The position numbers were made by a program, and so were the translations under genes. Positions 34,356-45,507 of a DNA stretch of 64,000 nt are shown here, one piece after another. This DNA comes from Methanobacteriota archaeon (lineage in GTDB: Archaea > Methanobacteriota > Methanobacteria > Methanobacteriales > Methanobacteriaceae). The notes below the pieces were generated by a model. That model was not told where the DNA came from. It did not search any database and saw only the letters and a program-made list of their open reading frames with translations. Each line of letters opens with the position of its first letter. Positions within the stretch are counted from its first letter, which is position 1. The stretch is taken from contig CAWBCJ010000018.1 in assembly GCA_963787255.1 (NCBI GenBank), forward strand, positions 133,025 to 197,024, read 5' to 3'.

Positions 34356-34871
34356 TTAATTTTTCATCATTTTTAGAAGTTTTTCTAATCCTTTATGGAT
34401 TCCCTCGCCGCTTACAGCTATTGTGGGAATGATTATTGTATCATCTTTGATGTGTTTAGATTCGAGATTGCCATTAGAAATATCTTGTTTGTTTGCAAAA
34501 ATCACATAGGGAATGTTTTTACTGTTTAGTTTATCCAGTATATCTGCATCAGTAGCTGTAACTCCCACTGAATTGTCAATTACAACTATAGCACCGTCTA
34601 AACCGTTTGAAAGTACTTCACGCATGAATTTGAATCTTTCCTGCCCTGGAGATGCGAATATATGTATCCTTTCGCCTTCAATTACTGTGTTTCCATAATC
34701 GAGCGCTACAGTTGTTCCTTTATGCTCAATTTTTGTTACTTTTTCATTTTTCCTGTCCAAGAGGTTTTCGATTGTTGTAGTTTTTCCAGAATCTGCTGAT
34801 CCTAAAATTACAATTTTGGCTTCTTTTTTTTGAATCATTTTCATCATTTTTTTCCCCAGCTTATAGGACAT
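34356..34871 (-). CDS. Small GTP-binding protein (MglA/Rab-like archaeal GTPase)
   Basis: GSADSGKTT, TTVALDYG, SPGQERF, ANKQD. Confidence 0.85.
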   Translation of the reverse strand: MSYKLGKKMMKMIQKKEAKIVILGSADSGKTTTIENLLDRKNEKVTKIEHKGTTVALDYGNTVIEGERIHIFASPGQERFKFMREVLSNGLDGAIVVIDNSVGVTATDADILDKLNSKNIPYVIFANKQDISNGNLESKHIKDDTIIIPTIAVSGEGIHKGLEKLLKMMKN

Positions 34872-34931
34872 ATATAAGACGTAAATAAACTTATTTTCCC
34901 ATTATATGCATTTAATTTTGATGTATATTTA

Positions 34932-36218
34932 TTATTTTTGTACTTCTATTTTGCATCCCAGTTTTTTTAGGGTCTCTGGGAAATTGGGGAAAGATACATC
35001 GTAAACTGATGCATTTTTTATTTTAACGCCGCCAACCTTTAAACCTACAAGTGAAAGTGCCATTACCAGTCGATGGTCTCCGTGTGATTTTACAGTTCCT
35101 CCTTTAGCCCCGCCCTTAATTATAAGGCCGTCTTGTTCCTCTTTTAAGGAAACTCCAAGTTTGGATAGTTCTATGGCGCAGGTATGAATCCGATCTGTTT
35201 CTTTAAACCTCGCATGTTCAACGTTTGTAATCCTTGTTTCACCTTCACCAATTGCTCCAAGAGCAGATACTGTTGGTAGAAGGTCTGGTGCATTTTCAAG
35301 GTTTACTTCGGTACCTTGAAGTTCTCCATATCCTCGTATTGTTATTTCATCTTTTTTAAATTTAACTTGTGCACCCATTTCATTAACAATATCAAGGATC
35401 TGTTTATCTCCCTGTTTTGAGTCTTTAAAAACGTTTTTAATCTTAACTTCACCTTCAAGTGCTGCTGCAGCACCTATTATGTAAGATGCAGAAGAAAAAT
35501 CACCTTCAATAGTATAATCCCTGCTTTTATAGTTTTGAGGTTCGACATGGAAAGAATTATTTTCTTTGTTGTAATCATAGTTAACCCCAAATTTTTCCAT
35601 GACATCTGTTGTCATATCTACATAAGGTTTGGAGATGAAATCTCCTTTAATATTAATATCAACGGGATTTTCAGCGTAAGGAGATGCTATAAGAATTGAG
35701 GAAATAAATTGGGAACTAACATTACCTTTTATATCTGTTTTCCCTCCTTTAAAACCGCCTTTAATACATATGGGTGCTTTACCATTATTTTTTGTTGAAA
35801 AAGTTTTTATGGACAAACCTTCAAGTGCGTCAAGTAGGTCCTGCATGGGTCGTGTCCTTAAAGAGCTATCGCCAGTTAAAACTGTGTAATTAGGAGCAAG
35901 AGATGCTACTGAAGTTATTATTCTAAGTGTTGTGCCTGAATTTTTAAGATCTAAAACATCATCAGGTGTTTTTAAATTCCCTGCAGTACCCTGAACTATG
36001 CATGAGTCTTTGTTCTGTTTTATATTAGCTCCCAATGATTTACAGGCATTTATAGAAGCTAAAGTATCTTCTGAAAAAAGAGGGTCTTTTAAAAGTGATT
36101 GGCCACGTGCAAGGGAAGAGATAATGATTGCCCGGTGTGTATAACTTTTAGAAGGAGGAGCTTTAATTACTCCTTCAACAGTTTCTGTTTTGTGAATTAT
36201 TAGTTCCATTATAATCAC
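34932..36218 (-). CDS. aroA: 3-phosphoshikimate 1-carboxyvinyltransferase (EPSP synthase)
   Basis: [32 protein letters not shown]. Confidence 0.97.
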   Translation of the reverse strand: MIIMELIIHKTETVEGVIKAPPSKSYTHRAIIISSLARGQSLLKDPLFSEDTLASINACKSLGANIKQNKDSCIVQGTAGNLKTPDDVLDLKNSGTTLRIITSVASLAPNYTVLTGDSSLRTRPMQDLLDALEGLSIKTFSTKNNGKAPICIKGGFKGGKTDIKGNVSSQFISSILIASPYAENPVDINIKGDFISKPYVDMTTDVMEKFGVNYDYNKENNSFHVEPQNYKSRDYTIEGDFSSASYIIGAAAALEGEVKIKNVFKDSKQGDKQILDIVNEMGAQVKFKKDEITIRGYGELQGTEVNLENAPDLLPTVSALGAIGEGETRITNVEHARFKETDRIHTCAIELSKLGVSLKEEQDGLIIKGGAKGGTVKSHGDHRLVMALSLVGLKVGGVKIKNASVYDVSFPNFPETLKKLGCKIEVQK

Positions 36219-36252
36219 ATTTGAATATATTTTATAGGGGGATGATTTTTTT

Positions 36253-38925
36253 TTAAACTATAATTTCGAGTATGGCGTTTATATTAGCGGCATGTATTAT
36301 TTCTATTTTTTCACCGGTCTCACTTACAGCTTCTTTTTTAGCTTCTATATGATCCCAAGTTATTTTATGGCCTTCAATGATGATTTCACCTTTATCATCT
36401 AGTAAAGCTACAATTTCGTCCATATTCTCTAATTGGAGATGTTTTAAAATTTTAGGGGCATCACCTTTAAATTCAGGACCTATTTTAGCCATTTGAGGAA
36501 TGATTTCAGTTACTTTCTCTTTAATATCTGGTTTTCCAGCCATTATTTCAAGATTTTCAATTCTCATTGTACCTTTAATATCATCACTTAATTCTTTAAT
36601 TTTATCCATTAAAGAAGAATCTGACACGTATATATTCAAAGTTTTTACTTTGGTGTTTAAGGACATTCCTTTTGAGGATTTAAATCTTCTTATTTCCCCT
36701 ATTAGCTCCACTCCGATTTTACCAATTTCTTCTAAGCTTTCATCAACTAGTTCGGCTTTAAATTCGGGCCAGGGAGTTTTATGGATGCTTATCTCCTCTT
36801 CATTTATGTATTGGTATATTTCGTCTACAAAGTGAGGGGTTAACGGTGCTAAAAGTTTTAGTGATGTTAATATAACTGTTTGAAGTGTGTATTGGGCTGC
36901 TTCTTTTGATTTTTTAAGTTCTAAGGTATCTCCGTAGAGTCTGTATTTTACAGCTTCTATGTATTCATCGCAGAAATCGTGCCATATAAATGCCTGAATT
37001 TTATTAACAGCGCTTGCAAAGTTGTAGGATTCTATTAATAATGTTACATCTGCTAGGGTTCTGTTTAATTTTGATAGGATCCATTTATCCATGGGATTAA
37101 GGGTTTCATGGATTTCAGTTTCACTCATACTTGCCTTGAAACCTTCTATGTGCATATTTATAAACCTGAACGCGTTCCAGAACTTTCTAATGAACTTATA
37201 TCCATATTTAACGTCTTTCCATGCAAATGGAACATCAGAACCTGGAACGCTGTTAGCAGCCCATAATCTAAGGGCATCTGCACCATAATCTTCTAAAACC
37301 GTATCAGTGGAGATAACATTTCCCCGGGATTTGCTCATTTTATGCCCGTCTTCACCAAATACCATCCCGTTAACTACTATTTCGTCAAAAGGTCTTTCAT
37401 TGGTTAATGCTTTACAGCGGAGGATGGTGTAAAATGCCCATGTTCTTATAATGTCGTGTCCTTGGGGTCTTAATGCAGTAGGATAATAATTTTTATATTT
37501 TTCGTCGGGCCAGCCGGTAATAGAAAGAGGACTAATTGAACTGTCCATCCAAGTATCTAAAACATCTGTTTCTCCAATAAATTCACCGTTACCGCATTCA
37601 CACTTTCCTTCAGGCTTATCATGTGTTGGATCAACCGGTAACATTTCAGATGTTGCTACATGGACTTTTCCGCACTGGCTACAGTACCATACGGGAACAG
37701 GAGTTGCGAATATTCTTTGACGCGAAATACACCAGTCCCAGTCCATTGAACCGGTCCAGTTTAAAAGACGTGTTTCCATGTACTTTGGAGTCCATTTAAT
37801 CTGGTCTGTAGTTTCTTTTATGTCATCAACTAGTTCTTTAACTGCTACAAACCACTGATTTTTAACCAGTATTTCTATTGGAGTTTTACATCTCCAACAT
37901 AATCCCACATTTTGATCCACATTTTCCTGTTTTTTAAGGAATCCTTCATCTTTAAGGTCTTGAATTATCCTTTCTTTGCACTCTTGTATGCTTAGACCTG
38001 CATATTGTCTGGATACGTCTTGCATTATTCCTTGTTCGTCAATTGCCTCGATAATATCTAAGTCGTATTTGTTGACCCATAATACGTCAGTTTTATCACC
38101 AAAGGTACATATCATAACTGCACCCGTACCGAATTGGGGATCGACTTCGGTATCTGTAATTACTTCTACATTTCGTCCAAATAATGGCACTTCCAAGCGT
38201 TTACCTGCAAGTTCTTTGTATCTCTCATCTTCAGGATGCACAACAACAGCTACGCATGCTGAAAGGAGTTCTGGCCTTGTTGTTGCAATTAAAACGCTGT
38301 TTTCTCCTTCTTCTGATGGGAATTCTAGATAATTTAGATAAGTTTCATTTTCATGATATTCTACTTCTGCAAAGGCTATGGCGGTTTCACATCTTGGACA
38401 CCAGTTTACGGGATGAATACCTCTGTAAATAAGTCCTTCCTCATGCATTTTTAAAAATGAGAGCTGTGTTCTCCCCATATATTCGGGGGTCATGGTTACA
38501 AATTCTCTTGACCAGTCTTGGGAAAAACCTAGAGAAATCATCTGTGCTTTCATCTGCTTGATGTTTTCTCCTGTTAGATCAACGCACATTTGCCTGAATT
38601 CTTCACGTGGAACGTCCCCTTTTTTTATTCCGTGGATTTCTTCAACTTTAACTTCGGTGGGGAGCCCGTGGCAGTCCCATCCTTGTGGGAAAAGCACATC
38701 ATAGTCATGCATTCTTTTAAATCTTGCGATTATGTCAATATAAGTCCAGTTTAGAACGTGCCCCATGTGGGTGGCGCCTGTAGGATAGGGTGGTGGAGTA
38801 TCAATTATATAGTTGGGTCGGGTTCCATCACCTATAAACTTGTAAACATTGTCTTTTTGCCATTTGTTTTGCCAATATGTTTCCTTTTTATGATCATAGT
38901 CTTTTGGAATATTGCTGCTGGTCAT
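36253..38925 (-). CDS. valS: Valine--tRNA ligase
   Basis: [29 protein letters not shown]. Confidence 0.97.
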   Translation of the reverse strand: MTSSNIPKDYDHKKETYWQNKWQKDNVYKFIGDGTRPNYIIDTPPPYPTGATHMGHVLNWTYIDIIARFKRMHDYDVLFPQGWDCHGLPTEVKVEEIHGIKKGDVPREEFRQMCVDLTGENIKQMKAQMISLGFSQDWSREFVTMTPEYMGRTQLSFLKMHEEGLIYRGIHPVNWCPRCETAIAFAEVEYHENETYLNYLEFPSEEGENSVLIATTRPELLSACVAVVVHPEDERYKELAGKRLEVPLFGRNVEVITDTEVDPQFGTGAVMICTFGDKTDVLWVNKYDLDIIEAIDEQGIMQDVSRQYAGLSIQECKERIIQDLKDEGFLKKQENVDQNVGLCWRCKTPIEILVKNQWFVAVKELVDDIKETTDQIKWTPKYMETRLLNWTGSMDWDWCISRQRIFATPVPVWYCSQCGKVHVATSEMLPVDPTHDKPEGKCECGNGEFIGETDVLDTWMDSSISPLSITGWPDEKYKNYYPTALRPQGHDIIRTWAFYTILRCKALTNERPFDEIVVNGMVFGEDGHKMSKSRGNVISTDTVLEDYGADALRLWAANSVPGSDVPFAWKDVKYGYKFIRKFWNAFRFINMHIEGFKASMSETEIHETLNPMDKWILSKLNRTLADVTLLIESYNFASAVNKIQAFIWHDFCDEYIEAVKYRLYGDTLELKKSKEAAQYTLQTVILTSLKLLAPLTPHFVDEIYQYINEEEISIHKTPWPEFKAELVDESLEEIGKIGVELIGEIRRFKSSKGMSLNTKVKTLNIYVSDSSLMDKIKELSDDIKGTMRIENLEIMAGKPDIKEKVTEIIPQMAKIGPEFKGDAPKILKHLQLENMDEIVALLDDKGEIIIEGHKITWDHIEAKKEAVSETGEKIEIIHAANINAILEIIV

Positions 38926-39127
38926 CTATACTCTCCTTTTATATAAATTTAAGAATAAGTTAAGTTAATATTAATTATATGTTAAGCCAATTAACAGATA
39001 AAGTTTAAGAAAAAAATTCATAAATTATATTGATATGCAATTAATGTGATTGTTATTAATATTATTATTGATAAAAAAAAATTATTATTATAATATAGTT
39101 GTATTCCCTTTTATAACGGTGATATTG

Positions 39128-39490
39128 ATGGAACTCTTGTGGTTTTATATAGCTGTTGTTCTTGCTATCAGTGATGAAGTTCACAGTAAAATAATGTGGA
39201 GTATTTTTGCAGATTTCTATATACTACTTGCTGGAATAATTAAGAGGAATGTAGCATCTAGCATAAGGCTCTGGATTATTCATGAGGGTTTAGAAGCTAT
39301 ATTCCACTTTATCATCCTTTCAATAGTGTTTTTAAACATTGAAATTGGTATACTTGCTGCAGTAGTCCATATGGTAGTAGATATCTATCATGAACTTGCA
39401 GGTTTAAAAATGACTCATCTACAACACAGGGCACTCCATTTCACCATAGAATCCCTATTTTTCATACTGATACTTGCATCGTGGCAATAA
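39128..39490 (+). CDS. His-rich small integral membrane protein
   Basis: GGTGA RBS before ATG 39128; hydrophobic helices carrying [30 protein letters not shown]. Confidence 0.6.
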   Translation: MELLWFYIAVVLAISDEVHSKIMWSIFADFYILLAGIIKRNVASSIRLWIIHEGLEAIFHFIILSIVFLNIEIGILAAVVHMVVDIYHELAGLKMTHLQHRALHFTIESLFFILILASWQ

Positions 39491-39566
39491 AATTATACAA
39501 TAAAAAAAAGAGAGATGGTTGTTTAGGATTATAAATAAAGGATAAATTGTGGCATGGAGGCTCATT

Positions 39567-39992
39567 ATGGATAATGTGATAAATATATTATTAGTAGAGG
39601 ATAATCCTGCTGACGCGAGGTTAATAGACGAAGTATTCAAAGATACTAATGTAAAGAATAAGCTACACGTCGTAAAAGATGGTGTGGAAGCTATGGATTT
39701 TTTAAATAAGATGAATGAGTATTTTGATGCTCCACAACCTGACATTATTTTGCTGGATCTAAATTTGCCCCGTAAAGACGGTCGTGAAGTTTTAAAGGAA
39801 GTTAAAAAAAATGAAGATTTAAAAAGCATTCCCATAGTAATTTTAACCACTTCAAGTGCGAAAGAGGACGTAATTAAAACTTACAACAATCATGCAAATT
39901 GTTATATAACCAAACCTGTGGATTTTGACCAGTTTCTGATGGTTATAAATGCAATTGAAGATTTCTGGCTTAAAGTTGTTAAATTACCTTAA
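39567..39992 (+). CDS. Single-domain response regulator (Rcp1-like)
   Basis: LLVEDNPAD, ILLDLNLP, LTTS, YITKP; GGAGG RBS before ATG 39567. Confidence 0.92.
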   Translation: MDNVINILLVEDNPADARLIDEVFKDTNVKNKLHVVKDGVEAMDFLNKMNEYFDAPQPDIILLDLNLPRKDGREVLKEVKKNEDLKSIPIVILTTSSAKEDVIKTYNNHANCYITKPVDFDQFLMVINAIEDFWLKVVKLP

Positions 39993-40019
39993 TTGTAAAA
40001 AAAAAGGTGGCTAGATAGT

Positions 40020-41102
40020 ATGGAAGATAAGCTTATAAAAGTTTTACTAATTGAAGATAACCCTCAAGATCTAAGATTAATAAAGGAAATGTTAAGTGAA
40101 GTTAATAACCCATCATTTGAGCTAATTGGTGCCGATAGGTTAGAAGATGGATTAAAACTTCTTTTAAATGATGATTTTGATATTTTGCTCCTTGATCTAA
40201 GCCTTCCAGATAGTACCGGGCTGGACACATTTGCAAGCGTCTATGATCAGGCACCCGAGATGCCTATAATAATATTAACTGGATTTGACGATGAAGACAC
40301 TGCAATTAAAGCAGTAAGGGAAGGGGCGCAGGATTATATGGTTAAAGGGCAGGTTAACAGTCTCCTGCTTTCAAGATCAATATCCTATGCTATTGAACGT
40401 AAGTTAATAGAAGACGAGCTAATAAGGCACAGGTACTATTTAAATGAACTTGTTGAAAAAAGAACTGAAGAACTAGAAGAAACCAATCAATGCCTTCAAG
40501 AAGAAGTAAGGGAGAAGGAAATACTAATTGAAGAAATATACAGGCGCATACAGTTCACTTTACAGATTATAACTGGAATTATTGGCATAACTCCTTCAAC
40601 ACTAAAGGATGAAGACATTAACGAGCTAAACATTAAAAGCCAGACACGAGCAAATGCAATAATGAAACTTAACGAAATTTTAGAGAAATCTGAAGACTTT
40701 GCACTGGTGAATTTTAATAAGTATACTGATGATCTTATAAAATATTTATTTGATATTTATGCGCTTGATAAAAATCATTTCCAAGTTGATGTAGATATGG
40801 AAGGAGTATTAGTTGATATAAGCACTGCAATTCCCCTTGGCTTAATTTTAAACGAGCTTTTATCAGATAAATTTAAGAATCAATTTCAAGAATGTAACAT
40901 TAAAATTAGCTTAAATTCTTCAAACGGAAATATGAAATTAAAAATAAATTATCAAGGCGACTGTAAAGAAACTGCTAATGAAGAGGAAGATAAACCTTAT
41001 TTACAGTTAATTAAAACATTATTGGGCCAATTCAATGGTTCTATAGAATTTTCTGAGAAGGGTGATGAAGTTAACATTGTTTTAAATGAAATAAAGATAT
41101 AA
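40020..41102 (+). CDS. Receiver domain fused to a degenerate HisKA_2/HATPase-like region
   Basis: N-terminal REC (LLIEDN, LLDLSLPD); EKEILIEEIYRR and PLGLILNEL resemble HisKA_2 kinases. Confidence 0.8.
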   Translation: MEDKLIKVLLIEDNPQDLRLIKEMLSEVNNPSFELIGADRLEDGLKLLLNDDFDILLLDLSLPDSTGLDTFASVYDQAPEMPIIILTGFDDEDTAIKAVREGAQDYMVKGQVNSLLLSRSISYAIERKLIEDELIRHRYYLNELVEKRTEELEETNQCLQEEVREKEILIEEIYRRIQFTLQIITGIIGITPSTLKDEDINELNIKSQTRANAIMKLNEILEKSEDFALVNFNKYTDDLIKYLFDIYALDKNHFQVDVDMEGVLVDISTAIPLGLILNELLSDKFKNQFQECNIKISLNSSNGNMKLKINYQGDCKETANEEEDKPYLQLIKTLLGQFNGSIEFSEKGDEVNIVLNEIKI

Positions 41103-41120
41103 AAAAAACAATTTATTTTT

Positions 41121-41429
41121 TTATGTTAATCCAGTTAAACCAATAATTGCAGAAACTAGATTTGCTATTAGGGAAATTAAAACTGATTTTTTATATTTTA
41201 TTTCCATTAGAAGCATTATTAATACACTTTCTACTAAAACTACTGATATTTCCACAATTAAGAAATTATTAAGAATATAAACATAGATGTAAGTTGCAAG
41301 TGGAAGGGTGAAGGAATTTATAAGCACTGAGTAAATGAGTAATTTTAAAGGAGATTTTCTTAAAAATAAATAGAAAATCAAAAATTCTACAATTATGGTA
41401 ATTAGCAGTGCCAATATTAGGTTTATCAT
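41121..41429 (-). CDS. Hypothetical 4-helix membrane protein
   Basis: 102 aa, very hydrophobic, with intramembrane E/N residues; 4-bp overlap with the upstream gene. Confidence 0.65.
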   Translation of the reverse strand: MINLILALLITIIVEFLIFYLFLRKSPLKLLIYSVLINSFTLPLATYIYVYILNNFLIVEISVVLVESVLIMLLMEIKYKKSVLISLIANLVSAIIGLTGLT

Positions 41430-42064
41430 TTTTTCAATCTTATCGCAATAATTACACCTAAAGTGAGGATTGCTATTAATGGAAGGACCATGTAAAATAA
41501 ATTATCATTACCAAATGTAGTGCTATTTTTAGAAGGTTCGGGTATTGAATTTTGATCTTTAAATGTTTCTTCTTGAACACTACCATCATTATAGGTATAT
41601 GTAACCTTAGATTTAGTAACATTCATAGTTTCATTATAAATAGAGTTTATATTAAGAGTTATAAGAATCTTTTCAAGAGGATTATTATTATTTACTGTTT
41701 TAGAAGATCCTTGAAGCGTAAGATCTGATTTTATAATGCTTGAGTCGGTTTTAAGGAAATTTTGAAGTTGTGATTCATTCATATTTTTTAATTCGTTTTC
41801 ATTAAAATTTGTTTTAGAAATTGCATAAATAGAAACTGTGCTGAATTTATAAAAAGTAAATTCATTGGAATTAATTATTTCTAAAGAAGGAGAAGGGGTT
41901 CCATGAATTAAAAAAACATAATCTGGATAATTCTCCATATTAGAAACTTGATAATAGATCTTCACCTCTTTCATGCCGGGATTGATTACATCGGCATAGG
42001 AAACTGAAGAAAATGCTAATAAAATTAATAAAGTACATAATGAAACAATTATTCTAAATTTCAT
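41426..42064 (-). CDS. Hypothetical secreted protein with C-terminal membrane anchor
   Basis: Signal peptide ending VSYA/DVINPG; C-terminal TM followed by RLKK. Confidence 0.7.
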   Translation of the reverse strand: MKFRIIVSLCTLLILLAFSSVSYADVINPGMKEVKIYYQVSNMENYPDYVFLIHGTPSPSLEIINSNEFTFYKFSTVSIYAISKTNFNENELKNMNESQLQNFLKTDSSIIKSDLTLQGSSKTVNNNNPLEKILITLNINSIYNETMNVTKSKVTYTYNDGSVQEETFKDQNSIPEPSKNSTTFGNDNLFYMVLPLIAILTLGVIIAIRLKK

Positions 42065-42275
42065 GTTTTAAAATTACATCTTCATCTTTAATAAAAGTTA
42101 TATAATCTTCATGAAAAATGGATTTCTAAAATTAAAAATTGATTGAAGGCATAAAGGAGGTGAAAGCAAGCAAAATTAAAAAAGAGAGACAATTTAAACA
42201 ATACTTTCACCTGAGACAATTAAGTCCTACTCTAACTTAAGTTTTCACATGCAAATATAATTTTGGCCATCTAAA

Positions 42276-42291
42276 TGTGAATAACTTCACA
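42276..42291. promoter_or_regulatory. Perfect palindrome TGTGAA-N4-TTCACA (TGTGA-N6-TCACA)
   Basis: tgtgaataacttcaca, intergenic. The same motif occurs at 57240-57255. It could alternatively be a hairpin after znuB. Confidence 0.4.
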
Positions 42292-42316
42292 ATATTAACG
42301 GAAAACTATAAATTTT

Positions 42317-43137
42317 TTACCAGTATTTTTTTAATAATATGGAAATAAAAAAAGCTATTCCTAAAACCAGTACTATAGTAGCTCCTGAAGCTAGATTAAA
42401 AATGTAAGAAAGCCAGAGACCTGCCAAAGTAAGTATTATTCCATAGAATCACTGAAAGGAACATGATATTTTTCATTTTATTGGTCATCTGTCTGCTTAT
42501 AGCTGCGGGAATACTTAAAAGTGCAATTACAAGTATAACTCCAACAACTTTAATTAAAACAACCACACTTAGCGCTACCAATACATAAAAGAAGAATATA
42601 CACCATTTCTGAGGGCACTCCTATTACTTTAGAAAATTCAGAGTCAAATGACACTGCAAGGAATTCCCTATAAAATAAGAGCACAGTAAAAATAATTACT
42701 GCATCTAAAATTAGCATTAAAATAAGATCAGAAGTGGGAACAGTTAATATATTCCCAAATAAGTAACTGAATAGATCTGGAGCATATCCGGGAGTGAGAC
42801 TTATAAATATTACTCCTATGGCCATTCCCACACTCCATAAAACTCCAATAGCCGTATCCTCACTTATTTCTACTTTTTCGTTAATCAATCCTATGCTCAC
42901 TGCTGAAAGTATGCTGAAAGGAATTGCCGCAATAATGGGATTAATACCAATAAAAAAACCTAAACCAATACCTCCAAAGGCAGCATGGGAAATTGCACCG
43001 CTTATAGAAACTATTTTTTTAACCACAACGTATGTACCCACAATACCGCAAGCAACACTAACTAGAACTGCTGCAATTATGGCATTTTGTATAAATCCGT
43101 ATTGAAAAAAGTCCAACATAACCAAAAACCCAATCAT
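42317..43137 (-). CDS. znuB: Zn/Mn ABC transporter permease (ZnuB-like), split by indels
   Basis: [30 protein letters not shown]; the reconstructed C-terminus ends at TAA 42317. Confidence 0.88.
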
Positions 43138-43143
43138 ATAATT

Positions 43144-43892
43144 TTAATGTTCTTTAAATACTCTATGCGGAATTCCATGCCCAATTATCTCTATCGGGAC
43201 AGTTATAAGCTGCTTCAATACCCCCTGCTGACTCTTCGGGTATTCCATGATAAAATAATTTCCGGTTAAGGCATGCAATATTATCCACATAGGAAGATGC
43301 CACTCCAACATCGTGTGTTACAAGTATTATGGTCATTCTTATTTTTAAGTGACGATAAAAGTTCGTAAAATGACTTTTGCATCTCCGGATCAATACTTGC
43401 AGTAGGTTCATCTAATAAAAGCAGCTGGGGTTCTCTTACAAGCGCACGTGCAATAAAAACTCTCTGCATCTGCCCTCCAGAAAGCTCACTTATCTGCCTA
43501 TCCCTAAATTCAAGCATTTCCACCGATTTTAAAGCATTAATAACAGCATTCCTATCTGCTTCATCATAATTTTTAAATAATCCTTGGTATCTGCCCATTA
43601 ACACCACATCAAAAACGTTTATGGGAAAAGAAAGGTCAAAATAACTCTTCTGGGGAAGGTAACCTATTTTTTTAAGGGCATCCATTTGATTTTGGCCAAG
43701 TATCTTTATTTCTCCACGTTCTGGTTTAATTAGGCCTAAAATAGTCTTTAAAAGAGTGCTTTTACCCCCGCCGTTAGGGCCTATAATTGCCACAAAATCA
43801 TTTTTATCCACAATGAGGTTAACATCTTCTAAAACAATACTATCATTTAAATTTACGGTTACATTCTTTAATTCAAGTGCTTTAACACTCAT
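43144..43892 (-). CDS. znuC: Zn/Mn ABC transporter ATPase (ZnuC-like), split by indels
   Basis: [26 protein letters not shown]; C-terminal [11 protein letters not shown]. Confidence 0.9.
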
Positions 43893-43908
43893 AAGTGGGA
43901 ACTCCCTA

Positions 43909-44813
43909 TTATTTTAGGGCATTTTTAAATGCCTCAGCCACCTTATTTAGATTTTCAATATAATTTTTATCAAGGTCATCTATCATCACTACCTGCCCCC
44001 CAATTTCAGATGCCACACTATCAGCACTTTTCCTGCTAAACTGCGGAGAAATAAAGATCACCTTAATATTTTCTTCCCTTGCCTGATCAATTAAGCTTGT
44101 CATATCCCTGTGGAGTGGGTTCTTTACCGTCTTTTTCAATTGATATTTGGGTAAGACCGTAATCTCTGCATAAATAACCCCATGCAGGATGATAAACCAA
44201 TATTTTATGATTCTTTTCACCAGATAAGTGTTTCATTAATGTTTTTATCAGAATTATCAAGTTCTTGTAGATATTTATCTTTATTTCCTTTGTAGTAATC
44301 TTTATTGGCGGGATCAACTTGTATGAGGCTTTGGTAGATGTTTTCAACCATTATTTTGGCATTTCGTGGTGAAACCCAAACATGAGTGTCGTATTGGTTT
44401 TCTTCTGCATGTTCGTCTACTTCTTGGTTGGGTATAAATGTGATTCCTTTAGAACTGTTTATAACAAGCATGTTCTTGTTTAATGCGCTTATTTTATCCA
44501 TCCAGATGGTTTCAAATTCTAGTCCGGAGCCGACTTGGATGTATAGTTGGGCATTGCTTACTTCTTTTAGTTGTTCGGGTAGTGGTTCATAGGTGTGGGG
44601 ATTGGCTCCTGTGGGGACCATTGTTGTTACTTTGACTTTATCGCCACCAATTTTTTCTACAAATTCTGCTTCGGGAGGTATGCTAACTATGACACCTATT
44701 TTGTCAGCGTTATTTATGTTTAGTTGAGTTTGTGATGCTGAATAAATAAACACTCCTGCAGTTAAGAAGCCTATAATGAGTATTGAGATGATTATTATTC
44801 TTCTTCTTTTCAT
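43909..44813 (-). CDS. znuA: Zn/Mn ABC transporter substrate-binding protein (ZnuA/TroA-like), split by indels
   Basis: [28 protein letters not shown] across three frames. Confidence 0.9.
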
Positions 44814-45032
44814 AAATATGCACCTGAGATGAATAAATAAACTCTTTTTATAAGTTATTATTAGTTGTTATTAATATTTAAACATTTTGTTAATAAAAAT
44901 TAGTAGATTATTTATAAGAAGTTATTAAATATTATATTATATAAATTGATATAAAAAAAATGGATTTTCTGGCAGGTATTGAGTAATTAAAATATTAGTT
45001 CAATAAAATTAAATGGGAGGATATTGATTCAA

Positions 45033-45416
45033 ATGCCAATTATCAGCATTTCTTTAAATAAAAAATTATTAGAAGAAATTGATAAATTAAAAGACGATAT
45101 TGGGTATTCTGGCCAATCTGATGTGATTAGATCCAGTGCAAGGATGTTAATAGCTGATAATAAAGAAAAAGAAGATTTAGATGGGAATATTAACTCCATA
45201 CTTGTTTTGATCCACAATCAGGAAGCTGAGGATAAAGTTACTGAAATCAAACATGATTTTGAGGATATTATTAATACACAGATACACAGCCATCTTAAGG
45301 AACATAAATGCATGGAAATATTTATTTTAGATGGAATGGCTGAACGAATAAAGGAATTATCAAGAATGTTCCAGGTAAACCGTAAAATTGATTATGTTAA
45401 GCTTATTGTTGTTTAA
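45033..45416 (+). CDS. NikR-family ribbon-helix-helix metalloregulator
   Basis: IISISL RHH strand; QIHSHL..HKCME metal site; divergent from the znuABC-like operon. Confidence 0.88.
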   Translation: MPIISISLNKKLLEEIDKLKDDIGYSGQSDVIRSSARMLIADNKEKEDLDGNINSILVLIHNQEAEDKVTEIKHDFEDIINTQIHSHLKEHKCMEIFILDGMAERIKELSRMFQVNRKIDYVKLIVV

Positions 45417-45507
45417 ATGAATATAATGATTCTAAAAGGGTACTTATAAAATATTTTTTTTATATTTTAAAAAAATAAAAGAAAAATGGGGATATTATTC
45501 CCTAATA

